A DNA stretch of 63,657 bases, the filler included, from Octopus bimaculoides (Eukaryota): assembly GCF_001194135.2 (NCBI RefSeq). It is 7 parts of 7 records of this genome, joined end to end, with 100 filler letters (N's around TTAATTAATTAA, not from the genome) between each part and the next. Parts side by side here need not be neighbours in the genome. Positions count along the whole stretch, not along the records: positions 24,441 to 29,624 come from NC_068998.1; positions 29,725 to 41,436 come from NC_068989.1; 5 more parts are not named here. One strand, 5' to 3'. Below are positions 29,184 to 41,536 of the stretch, one piece after another; position 1 is the first letter of the stretch; every line of letters starts with the position of its first letter. A program made the translations under genes and the position numbers. The notes under the pieces were generated by a model, which saw only the letters and a program-made list of their open reading frames with translations, made no database searches and had not been told where the DNA came from.

Positions 29184-29408
29184 GCGTCTGTGTGTGTGTG
29201 TATTGTTCACAGATACGTCTAGGGATTCTTATTCCTTTAAATAATAATGAGAGATCCTCCCCATAGACCATTTAGTAAATCCCGCCTTAGCCGAACATCA
29301 AGTAGGCGATTTGCATAATCTAACGCCTGCCATAAATCAACCACTTATTGCATTGGTACGTTTGCTAGAATTTACTTCGCAAAAGGTACCCAGGTTCTTC
29401 AGTTTCAG

Positions 29409-29486
29409 GATATGTGCTGCTGTCCTGCTCAAGTGTCGGATGTCATTTAAAGTGTTACGAATATCTTCCTTCCCGCCAGACTAAAA
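29409..29486 (+). CDS. Candidate 78-nt phase 1-1 internal exon
   Basis: TTCTTCAGTTTCAG| acceptor and AAA|GTAAGA donor. Only one frame is open through the exon (xYVLLSCSSVGCHLKCYEYLPSRQTK). Confidence 0.3.
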
Positions 29487-29567
29487 GTAAGACAATGTCA
29501 TTTACTATGTGAGACTTTTTTATGTTATGTTAAGTATATAACGGTCCCAGAAGTTTCAAGATGATTT

Positions 29568-29624
<57 letters not shown>

Positions 29625-30098
29625 NNNNNNNNNNNNNNNNNNNNNNNNNNNNNNNNNNNNNNNNNNNNTTAATTAATTAANNNNNNNNNNNNNNNNNNNN
29701 NNNNNNNNNNNNNNNNNNNNNNNNATACATGCATACATGAGTATGTATATATATGCCTAGGTACAGTGGTGTGGTTAAATGTTTGATAGCGGGTTCAGCC
29801 GAGCAGTCTGGCACCTAGGGCAACAATTTTGTACTCTAGTCCGTGCTGTCCAAATCGTTGTGAGTGGATGTCGCAGACAGAACCTGAGGGAAAGTGTGCG
29901 TGTGTGTGTGTGCGTGTTTGTGTGTGTCTGTGCCCGTGCGCATAGGTACGTGTGTCTCATAATCTTTTCATCTTCCCCTACCAACCGGTGTTGGTATATT
30001 TACGTCTGCGTAACGTCTCGGTTGGGCAAAAAAGATACTAAGCCTTTAAACAATAAATATGTAAAAGATAAATAACTTATATACACATGTATAGGAGT

Positions 30099-30490
30099 GG
30101 CGTAGGAGTGGCTGTGTGGTAAGTAGCTTGCTTACAAACCACATGGTCCCGGGTTCAGTCCCACTGCGTGGCATCTTGGGCAAGTGCCTTCTACTATAGC
30201 CGAGTGGATTTGGTAGACGGAAACTGAAAGAAGCCTGTCGTATATATGTATATATATATATATATGTATGTGTGTATGTGTTTTTATGTCTGTGTTTGTC
30301 CCCCCAACATCGCTTGACAACCGATGCTGGTGTGTTTACGTCCCCGTAACTTAGCGGTTCGGCAAAAGAGACCGAAAGAATAAGTACTAGGCTTCCAAAG
30401 AATAAGTCCTGGCGTCGATTTGCTCGACTAAAGGCGGTGCTCCAGCATGGCCACAGTCAAAAGACTGAAACAAGTAAAAGAGTAAAAGAG
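30099..30490 (+). mobile_element. Full-length tRNA-derived SINE family A with internal TA/TG microsatellite
   Basis: Head with Pol III-like boxes, internal (TA)n(TG)n, 3' part GGCGGTGCTCCAGCATGGCC..CAGTC..GACTGAAACAAGTAAAAGAGTAAAAGAG. About 10 homologous pieces in the window. Confidence 0.9.
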
Positions 30491-30505
30491 TATGTACATA
30501 CATAC

Positions 30506-30538
<33 letters not shown>

Positions 30539-30548
30539 CGTCTATATG

Positions 30549-30589
<41 letters not shown>

Positions 30590-31704
30590 TATGTATATAT
30601 ATTGCACACACTCAGACGCACACACACTTATTCATATGCGTCCGCGCAGTTAAACGAAGCAAATTGATAGAAGGATAAAAATTAACATTTAATATTTTAA
30701 TTAACTTATATTAATTTTTATAGAGAATAATTTTGTTGGGTCTTTTTTTTTTTGCATTTGATCGTTATATTTTAGAAATTAATTTTAGTTTTCATAATTC
30801 ATTTTCACAATTGGGAAAAATTATTAAATTTTTATGAGCAAAATTCTTAAATCACCTCCCCATATACTAACCTCCGAAGTAATTCTGCATGTGTGTGGGG
30901 TGTGTGTGTGTGTGTGTGTGTGTGTGTAGGAAATTATAGTGATAAAGGAATGAGACATTTTCATGAAGTTCATTATAATTTTTTATTCTTTTGTCATTTA
31001 AAATTTTTATTACTGCCCTATATTAACGCTCTGACCTGAAACACTCACATACACACATTCATTGATTTATTTATCTATTTATTCATTTATTTATTTTAAG
31101 TATTCTTTAACAATCACTCCCTAAATATACACGAGAAATCTTGCCTCATTAATCTATTGGTGAACTACTAGTAAGCATATGATACCACCATCATCTTACC
31201 ACACATATTAGCGAAGATATTCGTCTTAAATATATACGTCTTAAAACATACCAAAAATATACGTCTTAACACACTGAACCGCTTTATGTGACCTGAGGAG
31301 GTTTCCTCTGCACAATAGAGTGCATTCGATTCCATTACACCAACCCCACTCACTAGGGACCAGTGCAGAAGTAAGCCGAAGCGATCGTGGTTCTAAATAA
31401 AGCTTCAAGTACGCTCTGTCTTCCGTTTAATCATTTAGAATACGCAGAACGTGCACCGGGTAATTCTTTCTGTACAACCAGCAACAAAAGTACACTACCA
31501 CGGATGACGATAGGTAACCGCAAGTGGTGAACGTGCTCTGCAGGCACGCTTCAAGGGACATTCCCCTAACAAGGTTTGGATACTTAAAGTCTCCTACCTA
31601 AACTTTAATTTTAAATGCAATAATTTTAAACAAGCACGCACACACACGCACACATGCATGCGAGTGCACGCACACATGCGCACACACACACATGTTCATA
31701 TATA

Positions 31705-31867
31705 GACGCAGGCGTGGCTGAGTGGTAAGAAGCTTGGATTCCAAACACATTTTACCAGGATCAGTCCCACTGAGCGGCACCTTGGGCAATTATCTTCTCC
31801 TATATCCTCGGGCTGACCATAGCTTCGTGAGTGGATTTCTTAGACGGAAACTGAAAGTAGACCGTCG

Positions 31868-31907
<40 letters not shown>

Positions 31908-32267
31908 AAGTAAAGCAACAAAAATTCAATAGGTTACAACCTATTGAATTTTTGCTGCTTNNNNNNNNNNNNNNNNNNNNNNNNNNNNNNNNNNNNNNNN
32001 NNNNNNNNNNNNNNNNNNNNNNNNNNNNNNNNNNNNNNNNNNNNNNNNNNNNNNNNNNNNNNNNNNNNNNNNNNNNNNNNNNNNNNNNNNNNNNNNNNNN
32101 NNNNNNNNNNNNNNNNNNNNNNNNNNNNNNNNNNNNNNNNNNNNNNNNNNNNNNNNNNNNNNNNNNNNNNNNNNNNNNNNNNNNNNNNNNNNNNNNNNNN
32201 NNNNNNNNNNNNNNNNNNNNNNNNNNNNNNNNNNNNNNNNNNNNNNNNNNNNNNNNNNNNNNNNNNN

Positions 32268-32299
<32 letters not shown>

Positions 32300-32535
32300 G
32301 AATATATCTGTGCGTGTGTCTTTGTGTCTGTGCTTCTTGTTACCCCACACCGCTTGGCAAACGGCATTTGTGCGCTTGCGTATCCTTAACTTAGCGGTTC
32401 TGCAAAAAAGACCGATAGAATAAGTATCAGGCTTTAAACGAATATAAGTAGTGGCATCAATTCATTCGACTAAAAATTCAAGATCCCAGCATGGCCGCAG
32501 TCTATTGCTCGAAAAAAGTAGAAGATAAAAGATAA
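31705..32535 (+). mobile_element. SINE family A head (31705-31870) and tail (32300-32535) separated by a microsatellite, a hairpin and a gap
   Basis: Similar to 30099-30490. Confidence 0.7.
31913..31960. repeat. 48-bp near-perfect palindrome
   Basis: AAGCAACAAAAATTCAATAGG-TTACAA-CCTATTGAATTTTTGCTGCTT, 20/21 paired. Confidence 0.9.
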
Positions 32536-32897
32536 AATATATGTGTGTTTGTGTATAGATAGAGACAGACACACAGACAGACAGAGTTCTAAAACCGGGT
32601 TGTTAGAATCGCAACGCCTACGCGATATATTAGCACACACACACACACACAAACTCATATACATATACATTTGTGTGTGTAAACATACAATTATGTATGC
32701 GTGTGTATGCGTGTGTATATACGTAAGCAAATAAGATCACAATCAGTAGTTGTGATCAAGCTGACTCTAATTGCACATCGACACATTTAATAAGCAGAAA
32801 TTATCCTCACTCACTAGTTTAATGCTTTCCAACAAAACGGCTCATGCATCCGAAACTAGTCGAAATGTTCTTTGATTTGATCTGCAGAAACTGTTGT

Positions 32898-32946
<49 letters not shown>

Positions 32947-34257
32947 NNNNNNNNNNNNNNNNNNNNNNNNNNNNNNNNNNNNNNNNNNNNNNNNNNNNNN
33001 NNNNNNNNNNNNNNNNNNNNNNNNNNNNNNNNNNNNNNNNNNNNNNNNNNNNNNNNNNNNNNNNNNNNNNNNNNNNNNNNNNNNNNNNNNNNNNNNNNNN
33101 NNNNNNNNNNNNNNNNNNNNNNNNNNNNNNNNNNNNNNNNNNNNNNNNNNNNNNNNNNNNNNNNNNNNNNNNNNNNNNNNNNNNNNNNNNNNNNNNNNNN
33201 NNNNNNNNNNNNNNNNNNNNNNNNNNNNNNNNNNNNNNNNNNNNNNNNNNNNNNNNNNNNNNNNNNNNNNNNNNNNNNNNNNNNNNNNNNNNNNNNNNNN
33301 NNNNNNNNNNNNNNNNNNNNNNNNNNNNNNNNNNNNNNNNNNNNNNNNNNNNNNNNNNNNNNNNNNNNNNNNNNNNNNNNNNNNNNNNNNNNNNNNNNNN
33401 NNNNNNNNNNNNNNNNNNNNNNNNNNNNNNNNNNNNNNNNNNNNNNNNNNNNNNNNNNNNNNNNNNNNNNNNNNNNNNNNNNNNNNNNNNNNNNNNNNNN
33501 NNNNNNNNNNNNNNNNNNNNNNNNNNNNNNNNNNNNNNNNNNNNNNNNNNNNNNNNNNNNNNNNNNNNNNNNNNNNNNNNNNNNNNNNNNNNNNNNNNNN
33601 NNNNNNNNNNNNNNNNNNNNNNNNNNNNNNNNNNNNNNNNNNNNNNNNNNNNNNNNNNNNNNNNNNNNNNNNNNNNNNNNNNNNNNNNNNNNNNNNNNNN
33701 NNNNNNNNNNNNNNNNNNNNNNNNNNNTATTATTATAATTGAGTTTGTTGATTTGCAGAATCCTTTGAAGGTTGGAGAAATTGTATTGAATCACATCTGA
33801 TGCCTTGCGGCCTGAGTTCTCTCTTATGCAGCCGATATCTTCTCTTCCATTGACCATTTCCTCGTCAACGCAGTAGTGTGCCACTTTAGAGCAGACACAA
33901 TGTACTCGAGTTCACCTGAAAATTCTCAGTCCTAGATCTATGGAAGACAACATGTGTTTCAGTTGACAGTTCAGAAGTTGTAGAGATGAAATTAAAAAAA
34001 TGATTTGAGCTTCATTTGAACTCTCTGTGCCAACAAAGGGAAGACATATATTGCTTTATTTGTTCAAGTTTAAATACCTCGTGGTATTTGGTTCCGTTCT
34101 CAGCAAGGTCTGCGTCTAAATCCTGCCAATGTCAATGTAGTTCTTTAACCTTCCCTGTTCTATAAATACATTACTAGTGCCATTACTTGTACAATAACTG
34201 GTATAGTATCTTATCCCCCTCGTCCTGTATCTGTCTGTTTCTCTGTCTCTGTCTTTG

Positions 34258-34319
<62 letters not shown>

Positions 34320-34384
34320 NNNNNNNNNNNNNNNNNNNNNNNNNNNNNNNNNNNNNNNNNNNNNNNNNNNNNNNNNNNNNNNNN

Positions 34385-34419
<35 letters not shown>

Positions 34420-34678
34420 TACATATACATATGTGTAAGTATTTATGTATCTATACGTTAGCACCTCTGTCTCTTTGTCTCAAAGGTGTTTTGGTTTTCT
34501 GATTTCAATTTTATTTCCTGATGAAACGGTTTATACCTCATACTTAGCTTAGTTACGTAATTTTAAATAGTAATTAAGTAATTATGAGGATTATGATATT
34601 TGTATTTCGACCGTTGATACAGATGTAGAACTTGGAAGGAAATTACGAAACGTCAGAGAAGTTTTTGTTTCTGTACTG

Positions 34679-34728
<50 letters not shown>

Positions 34729-34779
34729 ATATATATACATATATATATGCATATATATATATGAATACATGTATATATA

Positions 34780-34882
<103 letters not shown>

Positions 34883-35534
34883 TATAGATATATATACACA
34901 TAGAGAGAGAGAGAGATGTATACATATATAAACAAGTGCGTATGTGCACGTGTGTATGTACGTATGTATGTGTATATCGCTCACAATCTTTTGTGAAAGA
35001 AAGCTTCATTGCATGGTTAGTTTGAGTTTATTGTATTACTGGTACATAATTTAAAGTCTCTCTATGGATAATGAGGAAATGCAAGTTTGACAATGGCACA
35101 AGAATGAAATCCGGAATCAATGGTGGTCCTCCAGCGTGACCAAAACCGAACAGCGAAGAACTGGCAAAATGGTTAGAATGTCAAACAAAATTTCTCTGGT
35201 ATTTAGAATTTTACGATTATCTACGTACTACCTTCACATCTGACCAATGTCAACTTCCTGTAAGCACGCCGAGCAAATGCTTAACGGCACTTCGTCGCTA
35301 TTGAAGCTCTAAGTTCAAATTCAACCGTGGTCGATTTTAGCTTTCATCCTTCGGGCTTGATAAAATAAATACCAAAATTGCTGTTCTTGTGTCAAAATTT
35401 GAAGCCCAACATAGGTAAATTATAATACTAGTTAAGTACTGCAGTCGGTGAAACTAATATTCATATAAAAAAATCTTATAGTTACTATACCAACTTGCCG
35501 GATAATGATGGTCTAGAGTTTCTTTCATGCTTTA

Positions 35535-35933
35535 ACTTGTTCCAGTACTTGACTGCGGTCATGATGGAGCACAACCTGACGTGTTTTTGTCGAACAATTC
35601 GACTCCAGGACTTATTTTTTTAAAGCCTAGGACTTATTCTATCGGTCTCTTTGCCGAACCGCTATATTACGGGGGCGTAAATATACCAACATCGGTGGTC
35701 AAACGATGATGAGGCCACAAACACACACATATAAATATATATTTATGTAAATATATGCGTGTGTGAGTGTATTTGTGTGTGCGTGTCCGACGAATGAGAA
35801 CCTGAAACTCCGAGTAACCAGCTTTGGTGATATTTTTGCTGTTTTTTAATAAAACATATTACCCTACATTTGGTTTTCGAGTACTATTTTTCCTCCTTGA
35901 TTCGCATTTATGTGATTACTCTGGTATACACAT

Positions 35934-35974
<41 letters not shown>

Positions 35975-35984
35975 NNNNNNNNNN

Positions 35985-36020
<36 letters not shown>

Positions 36021-36165
36021 CAACGGGCTTCTTTCAGTTTCCGTCTACCAAATCTACTCACAGGGTTTTTGTCGACCCGAAGCTATAGCAGAAGACACTT
36101 ACCCAAGGTGCTACGCAGTAAGACTGAACCCGGAACCATGTGCCTGGGAAGTAATCTTACCATCC
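35535..36165 (-). mobile_element. SINE family A tail (35535-35730) and head (36020-36165) with a nested LTR-like piece
   Basis: Similar to 30099-30490 on the - strand. Intervening 35780-35935 carries a hammerhead-like motif and AATAAA. Confidence 0.7.
35783..35820 (+). ncRNA. Eroded hammerhead-like motif (U4C)
   Basis: GTGT-CCGACGA-ATGAGAACCT-GAAAC-TCCGA-GTA-ACCA. Stems I and II only partly paired. Confidence 0.4.
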
Positions 36166-36544
36166 ACGCTTATTTACGAGTAAGAACTTCAAATTTCTGT
36201 AACCGCCAGACGAGTTAAATAGCAACTTCTACTGTACAGTATATTGGCGTTGCATCATTTATACTGATGTAGAAGTACTTGTATCCCATTTAGTTATTTC
36301 TTAATTTAAAGTGTGTTGGCGAAGTTACAGACTCCTACTTCGGAATAGTCAGTAGTCTTGAAAGGCTTTGGTACCAAATGTTCTGGTATTCATTTTATCG
36401 ATTCCCAAACGATGAAAAGCAAAGTCGTTCTCGACAGTTTCAACTCTACTAAGTCTGCTAAAAATCGGCTTTGACAATTCATATTACGAACAATGAAAAA
36501 CTCAAAATTCAATACTCAGCCCTTGTAGAATAATTTGTACGAAG

Positions 36545-36835
36545 GAGGTACCAGTTGATTTGATCAACGAAACAGACTCCTCGTAAAATTAATGTGTAAG
36601 TGACTGAGTATTCCACAAACACGAGCACTCATGACATAGTTCTCTCATGGAGATTCAGCGTGACACCGAATGGGACAAGAATAGCCCTTTGAAATACAAG
36701 AACTAACTATTTTCGGCAAATGACAGGACTGTAGCAATGCGAAAGAAAGTGTCTTGCTGACGGACAGAACGCGAGACTGAACACCCAACTCGTGAACTTA
36801 CTATCATGAGCCGAATGCCCTAACTACTAAGCAAC
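36545..36835 (-). mobile_element. tRNA-headed SINE, degenerate
   Basis: Minus-strand head CTTAGTAGTTAGGGCATTCGGCTCATGAT. Body similar to 2125-2375. Confidence 0.65.
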
Positions 36836-37021
36836 GTACCCCTGTAGACTATAAGTACAAAGAACTCTAGAGACTGAAACTATAAATTGTTGGCTATATA
36901 ATCAGTACATTAGGGTTACTTCGGTGCTATTCCTTGATAGTATATATATGGAAAGCTACATTGGTGTTTAGACACGCGTAAATAAATGGGAAGATTATGC
37001 TATATAGATATATTCTTTTAT

Positions 37022-37237
37022 TTCTTTTACCTGTTTCAGTAATTTGACTGCGGCCATGCTGGAGCACCGCTTTTAGACAAGAAAATCGACTGCGGGACTT
37101 GTTCTTTGTAAGCCTAGTACTTATTCTATCCGTCGGGTTTGGTTGAACGACTAAGTTACGGAGACGTAAACACACCAGGGTCGGTTGTTCAAGCGATGTT
37201 GGGGGAACAAACATAGACACACAAGCACACACACACA

Positions 37238-37289
<52 letters not shown>

Positions 37290-37420
37290 CGACGCGCTTC
37301 TTTCAGTTTCGGTATACCAAATCGACTCACAGGGCTTTGGTCGGCCCGAGGCTATAGTAGAAGACACTTGTCCAAGGTGCCACGCAGTGGGACTGAACCC
37401 GGAACCATGTACCTGCGCCT
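37022..37420 (-). mobile_element. Full-length SINE family A with internal (CA)n
   Basis: Reverse complement of the 30099-30490 pattern. Confidence 0.9.
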
Positions 37421-38114
37421 ATACATATATATACACAGACATACGCGCTCGCGCGCGTGTGTATGTGTGTGTGTATGTGTGTGTGTGTGTGTGTTTGTGT
37501 GTATGAATATATACACACATCAAGAACTGCGAAAAATTCAGGGAATTCATGCTTACACACATGTTCACGCTGATTACACATACATACATACGTACATACA
37601 TACATACATACATACATACGTATCTTTTATCTGCTATTTGCTTCAGTCATTAGACTGTGGCCATCCTGGAGCAGCGCCTCTTATAATTATGATCCAAGGA
37701 AACGAGCGTAGTACCTATAATTTTTTTTTATTGCTTTTATGTTGTGTAATAATTAAAACAGTTTTACTTTTAACTGAACGGTGTACCAATACTTCTTCTG
37801 GAGCACATACCTACTACCATGCGTATTACGCTTTTAAAAAAGGAGTGGTCATAGGGACTTTGAAGTTCTGGATTATTCTTAGGTCCCTTATTTTCTGTGT
37901 ATCAGATGGTCTGTAAGCAGTTGCTTTGTGTAAGTCCGGAGAAGTGTCACATGCTACTACGGAGTTATATGAAACTGTTGCATATATCTTAAGATGGTCT
38001 GTATGATTATATATATGTAATACATCAGTAGGTATTTACATATGTATAAATGTGTATATATGTATCACATATCATACACACAAATACATACATGTATACA
38101 TATATACATATATA

Positions 38115-38337
38115 TATATTATTCAAAAGAATTCCAACTCTGTTTTTTATGGGTTTTTTATATTCTTATAAAATTAATGTGGGATATAGAATATGGAATA
38201 TATAGTATATATAGTAAAATGAAATGAAGTAATGAATGTCTTATATATTCCATATTCTTTCTATATCCCACATTAATTCTATAAGAATATAAATAAAACA
38301 TTAAAAACGCGGAGTTGCAAGTCTTTTGAATAATATA
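38115..38337. repeat. ~220-bp AT-rich palindromic element (arms ~90 bp) in a TA-rich tract
   Basis: 38115-38204 vs the reverse complement of 38242-38337, e.g. ATATTCTTATA(A/G)AATTAATGTGGGATATAG and AATATGGAATATATA match. Confidence 0.85.
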
Positions 38338-39360
38338 TTCCTCTATACACTATCATACAAACCCCTTTTTTTATTTTCATATATATNNNNNNNNNNNNNN
38401 NNNNNNNNNNNNNNNNNNNNNNNNNNNNNNNNNNNNNNNNNNNNNNNNNNNNNNNNNNNNNNNNNNNNNNNNNNNNNNNNNNNNNNNNNNNNNNNNNNNN
38501 NNNNNNNNNNNNNNNNNNNNNNNNNNNNNNNNNNNNNNNNNNNNNNNNNNNNNNNNNNNNNNNNNNNNNNNNNNNNNNNNNNNNNNNNNNNNNNNNNNNN
38601 NNNNNNNNNNNNNNNNNNNNNNNNNNNNNNNNNNNNNNNNNNNNNNNNNNNNNNNNNNNNNNNNNNNNNNNNNNNNNNNNNNNNNNNNNNNNNNNNNNNN
38701 NNNNNNNNNNNNNNNNNNNNNNNNNNNNNNNNNNNNNNNNNNNNNNNNNNNNNNNNNNNNNNNNNNNNNNNNNNNNNNNNNNNNNNNNNNNNNNNNNNNN
38801 NNNNNNNNNNNNNNNNNNNNNNNNNNNNNNNNNNNNNNNNNNNNNNNNNNNNNNNNNNNNNNNNNNNNNNNNNNNNNNNNNNNNNNNNNNNNNNNNNNNN
38901 NNNNNNNNNNNNNNNNNNNNNNNNNNNNNNNNNNNNNNNNNNNNNNNNNNNNNNNNNNNNNNNNNNNNNNNNNNNNNNNNNNNNNNNNNNNNNNNNNNNN
39001 NNNNNNNNNNNNNNNNNNNNNNNNNNNNNNNNNNNNNNNNNNNNNNNNNNNNNNNNNNNNNNNNNNNNNNNNNNNNNNNNNNNNNNNNNNNNNNNNNNNN
39101 NNNNNNNNNNNNNNNNNNNNNNNNNNNNNNNNNNNNNNNNNNNNNNNNNNNNNNNNNNNNNNNNNNNNNNNNNNNNNNNNNNNNNNNNNNNNNNNNNNNN
39201 NNNNNNNNNNNNNNNNNNNNNNNNNNNNNNNNNNNNNNNNNNNNNNNNNNNNNNNNNNNNNNNNNNNNNNNNNNNNNNNNNNNNNNNNNNNNNNNNNNNN
39301 NNNNNNNNNNNNNNNNNNNNNNNNNNNNNNNNNNNNNNNNNNNNNNNNNNNNNNNNNNNN

Positions 39361-39438
<78 letters not shown>

Positions 39439-39719
39439 GTGTGTGTGTGTGTGTGTGTACATAAGTATGCTTATATGCATATGTGTGCGTTTGTGCGCGT
39501 GTAACTATCTACAGATGAAGAAATAATTAAATACATGTATTTATACATTGAGTTATATTTCTCCTTTTCTGATGAACATACCTATGTATATATATACCTA
39601 TCTACCTATCTATACATACGTAATACATACATACACACGTATACACATATATGTGTGTGTGTGTGTGTGTGTGTGCGCGTGTACATATGCATACATATAT
39701 ATATATAGTATATTGTATT

Positions 39720-39764
<45 letters not shown>

Positions 39765-40729
39765 TACAAATATTTTGCGATTTGCTATTGAATTCGAAAC
39801 TAACGCTTATACACCTGGTTGTATTTCCATTCAATGGTAATTGAATCTGACTGCTCTCAGATAGTTCTATAGTCTATTAGGCAAAACTCAGTACAGGCCA
39901 TGCTGGGGCATTTCAGAAATAGTATTTCTGTTTTGTTTTTTTTTTGTTTTTTTTTGCCGATATCTAATTATGGTTTTTTTTCTCAAGTTTAAAAAATACA
40001 GTTTAACTACGACCATAAGAACTGTTGCATTACGCGAACAACAGCAACTTTCAGATCAATTGTCCAGAACGCCTTATATAACCCGCTCTTGTTGAAAAGC
40101 AGAAACACAAAGAACCTCCGCGGTCGCTAGACCTGTTTGCTGCTACCTTACATACTAGAATATTAATAAACGTGTATCATTTATACTAATGTACAGGGGT
40201 TTGTAATTCATTTAATTAATTAAAAACATTTAATATTTAGAATGTGCTGACAATCTCTACTGCGGAAAAATCTGTAACCCGTTAAGGTTTGGTGCCAAAG
40301 GCTCGGAAACTCTGATATTGTACGTGTGATATTTATAAGTCTCACTTCCCTTATGCTGGCATTGGCTTGAAAATATATTTTTGAGTGTAGCATGTATATT
40401 CTTAATATAGAAATCTTCGCAATGTATTATTATTGTTATTTACTGTGTCGCGAGTGATAATATTCTTTCCGAATACCCATGTATGTTGGTGAAAGAAAAA
40501 TGTCATTTTTTTATTTGCCTGGAGGGAAATGTCAATAGGAAAATATTTAACTACTAACCAAAACATATATTCATATATACTCAAATTTATATACATAGTA
40601 ATCAAATTTGGAAAATTCCTAAGAGAATAGAAAACTAAACGAACATAAACAAGGAAATATAATATGTCAGTAAATACAAGAGGCAACTCACATCAACTTA
40701 CTTTGATATCTGGATCCTAAAATACCGAC

Positions 40730-40760
<31 letters not shown>

Positions 40761-40846
40761 TACATATGAACGTTTAAATTTGTCATGTCCCTCTCATGTA
40801 TGCCCCTGTGGCTACTAAAAGAAATTATTGTTGTTGCAGTTGTTGC

Positions 40847-40892
<46 letters not shown>

Positions 40893-41038
40893 GTTATTAT
40901 TATTATTATTATTCATTATCATCATTATTATTATTATTTATTATATATACGTGTGAACATGATAAAATGATACCTCTTAACAAAAGTTTGAAGATAAAAT
41001 TATATACCGAGATGAATGTATGTATAATATATTTACCG

Positions 41039-41094
<56 letters not shown>

Positions 41095-41536
41095 GTCTGT
41101 CTGTCTGTCTGTCTGTCTGTATGTAAGTATGTATATGGATAGATAGATAGATAATAGATAGATATTAGATAGATAGATAGATAGATGGATAGATAGATAG
41201 ATACTATTAATAAAATAGATGAAATGAGTAAAATATTTTCTTAGGTAAGATAATACATATATCTAGATACATGTGTAGATATATAAAAAAATAACAAAAA
41301 AAATACCATGGTAAAAGTTTTAATTTTTCATTCCCTTCGAAATTGCTATTAAATGTGGTTTTGATCGTTTTGACTGCTTCTTCTAGCGTGTAAAACTACC
41401 AGTTAAATGTAGTTTCTTTTGTGTTTAAATGTACAANNNNNNNNNNNNNNNNNNNNNNNNNNNNNNNNNNNNNNNNNNNNTTAATTAATTAANNNNNNNN
41501 NNNNNNNNNNNNNNNNNNNNNNNNNNNNNNNNNNNN

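Noticed and set aside
31168-31353. ETSSGHIKR, resembling the start of a Sox HMG box
   Set aside because: The diagnostic RPMNAFMVW does not follow
32826-32865. TTTC...GGCT-CATGC-ATCC-GAAAC-TA-GTC-GAAA (stems I-III plausible)
   Set aside because: The CUGANGA core is unrecognisable (CAACAAA). Possibly a relic, but not counted
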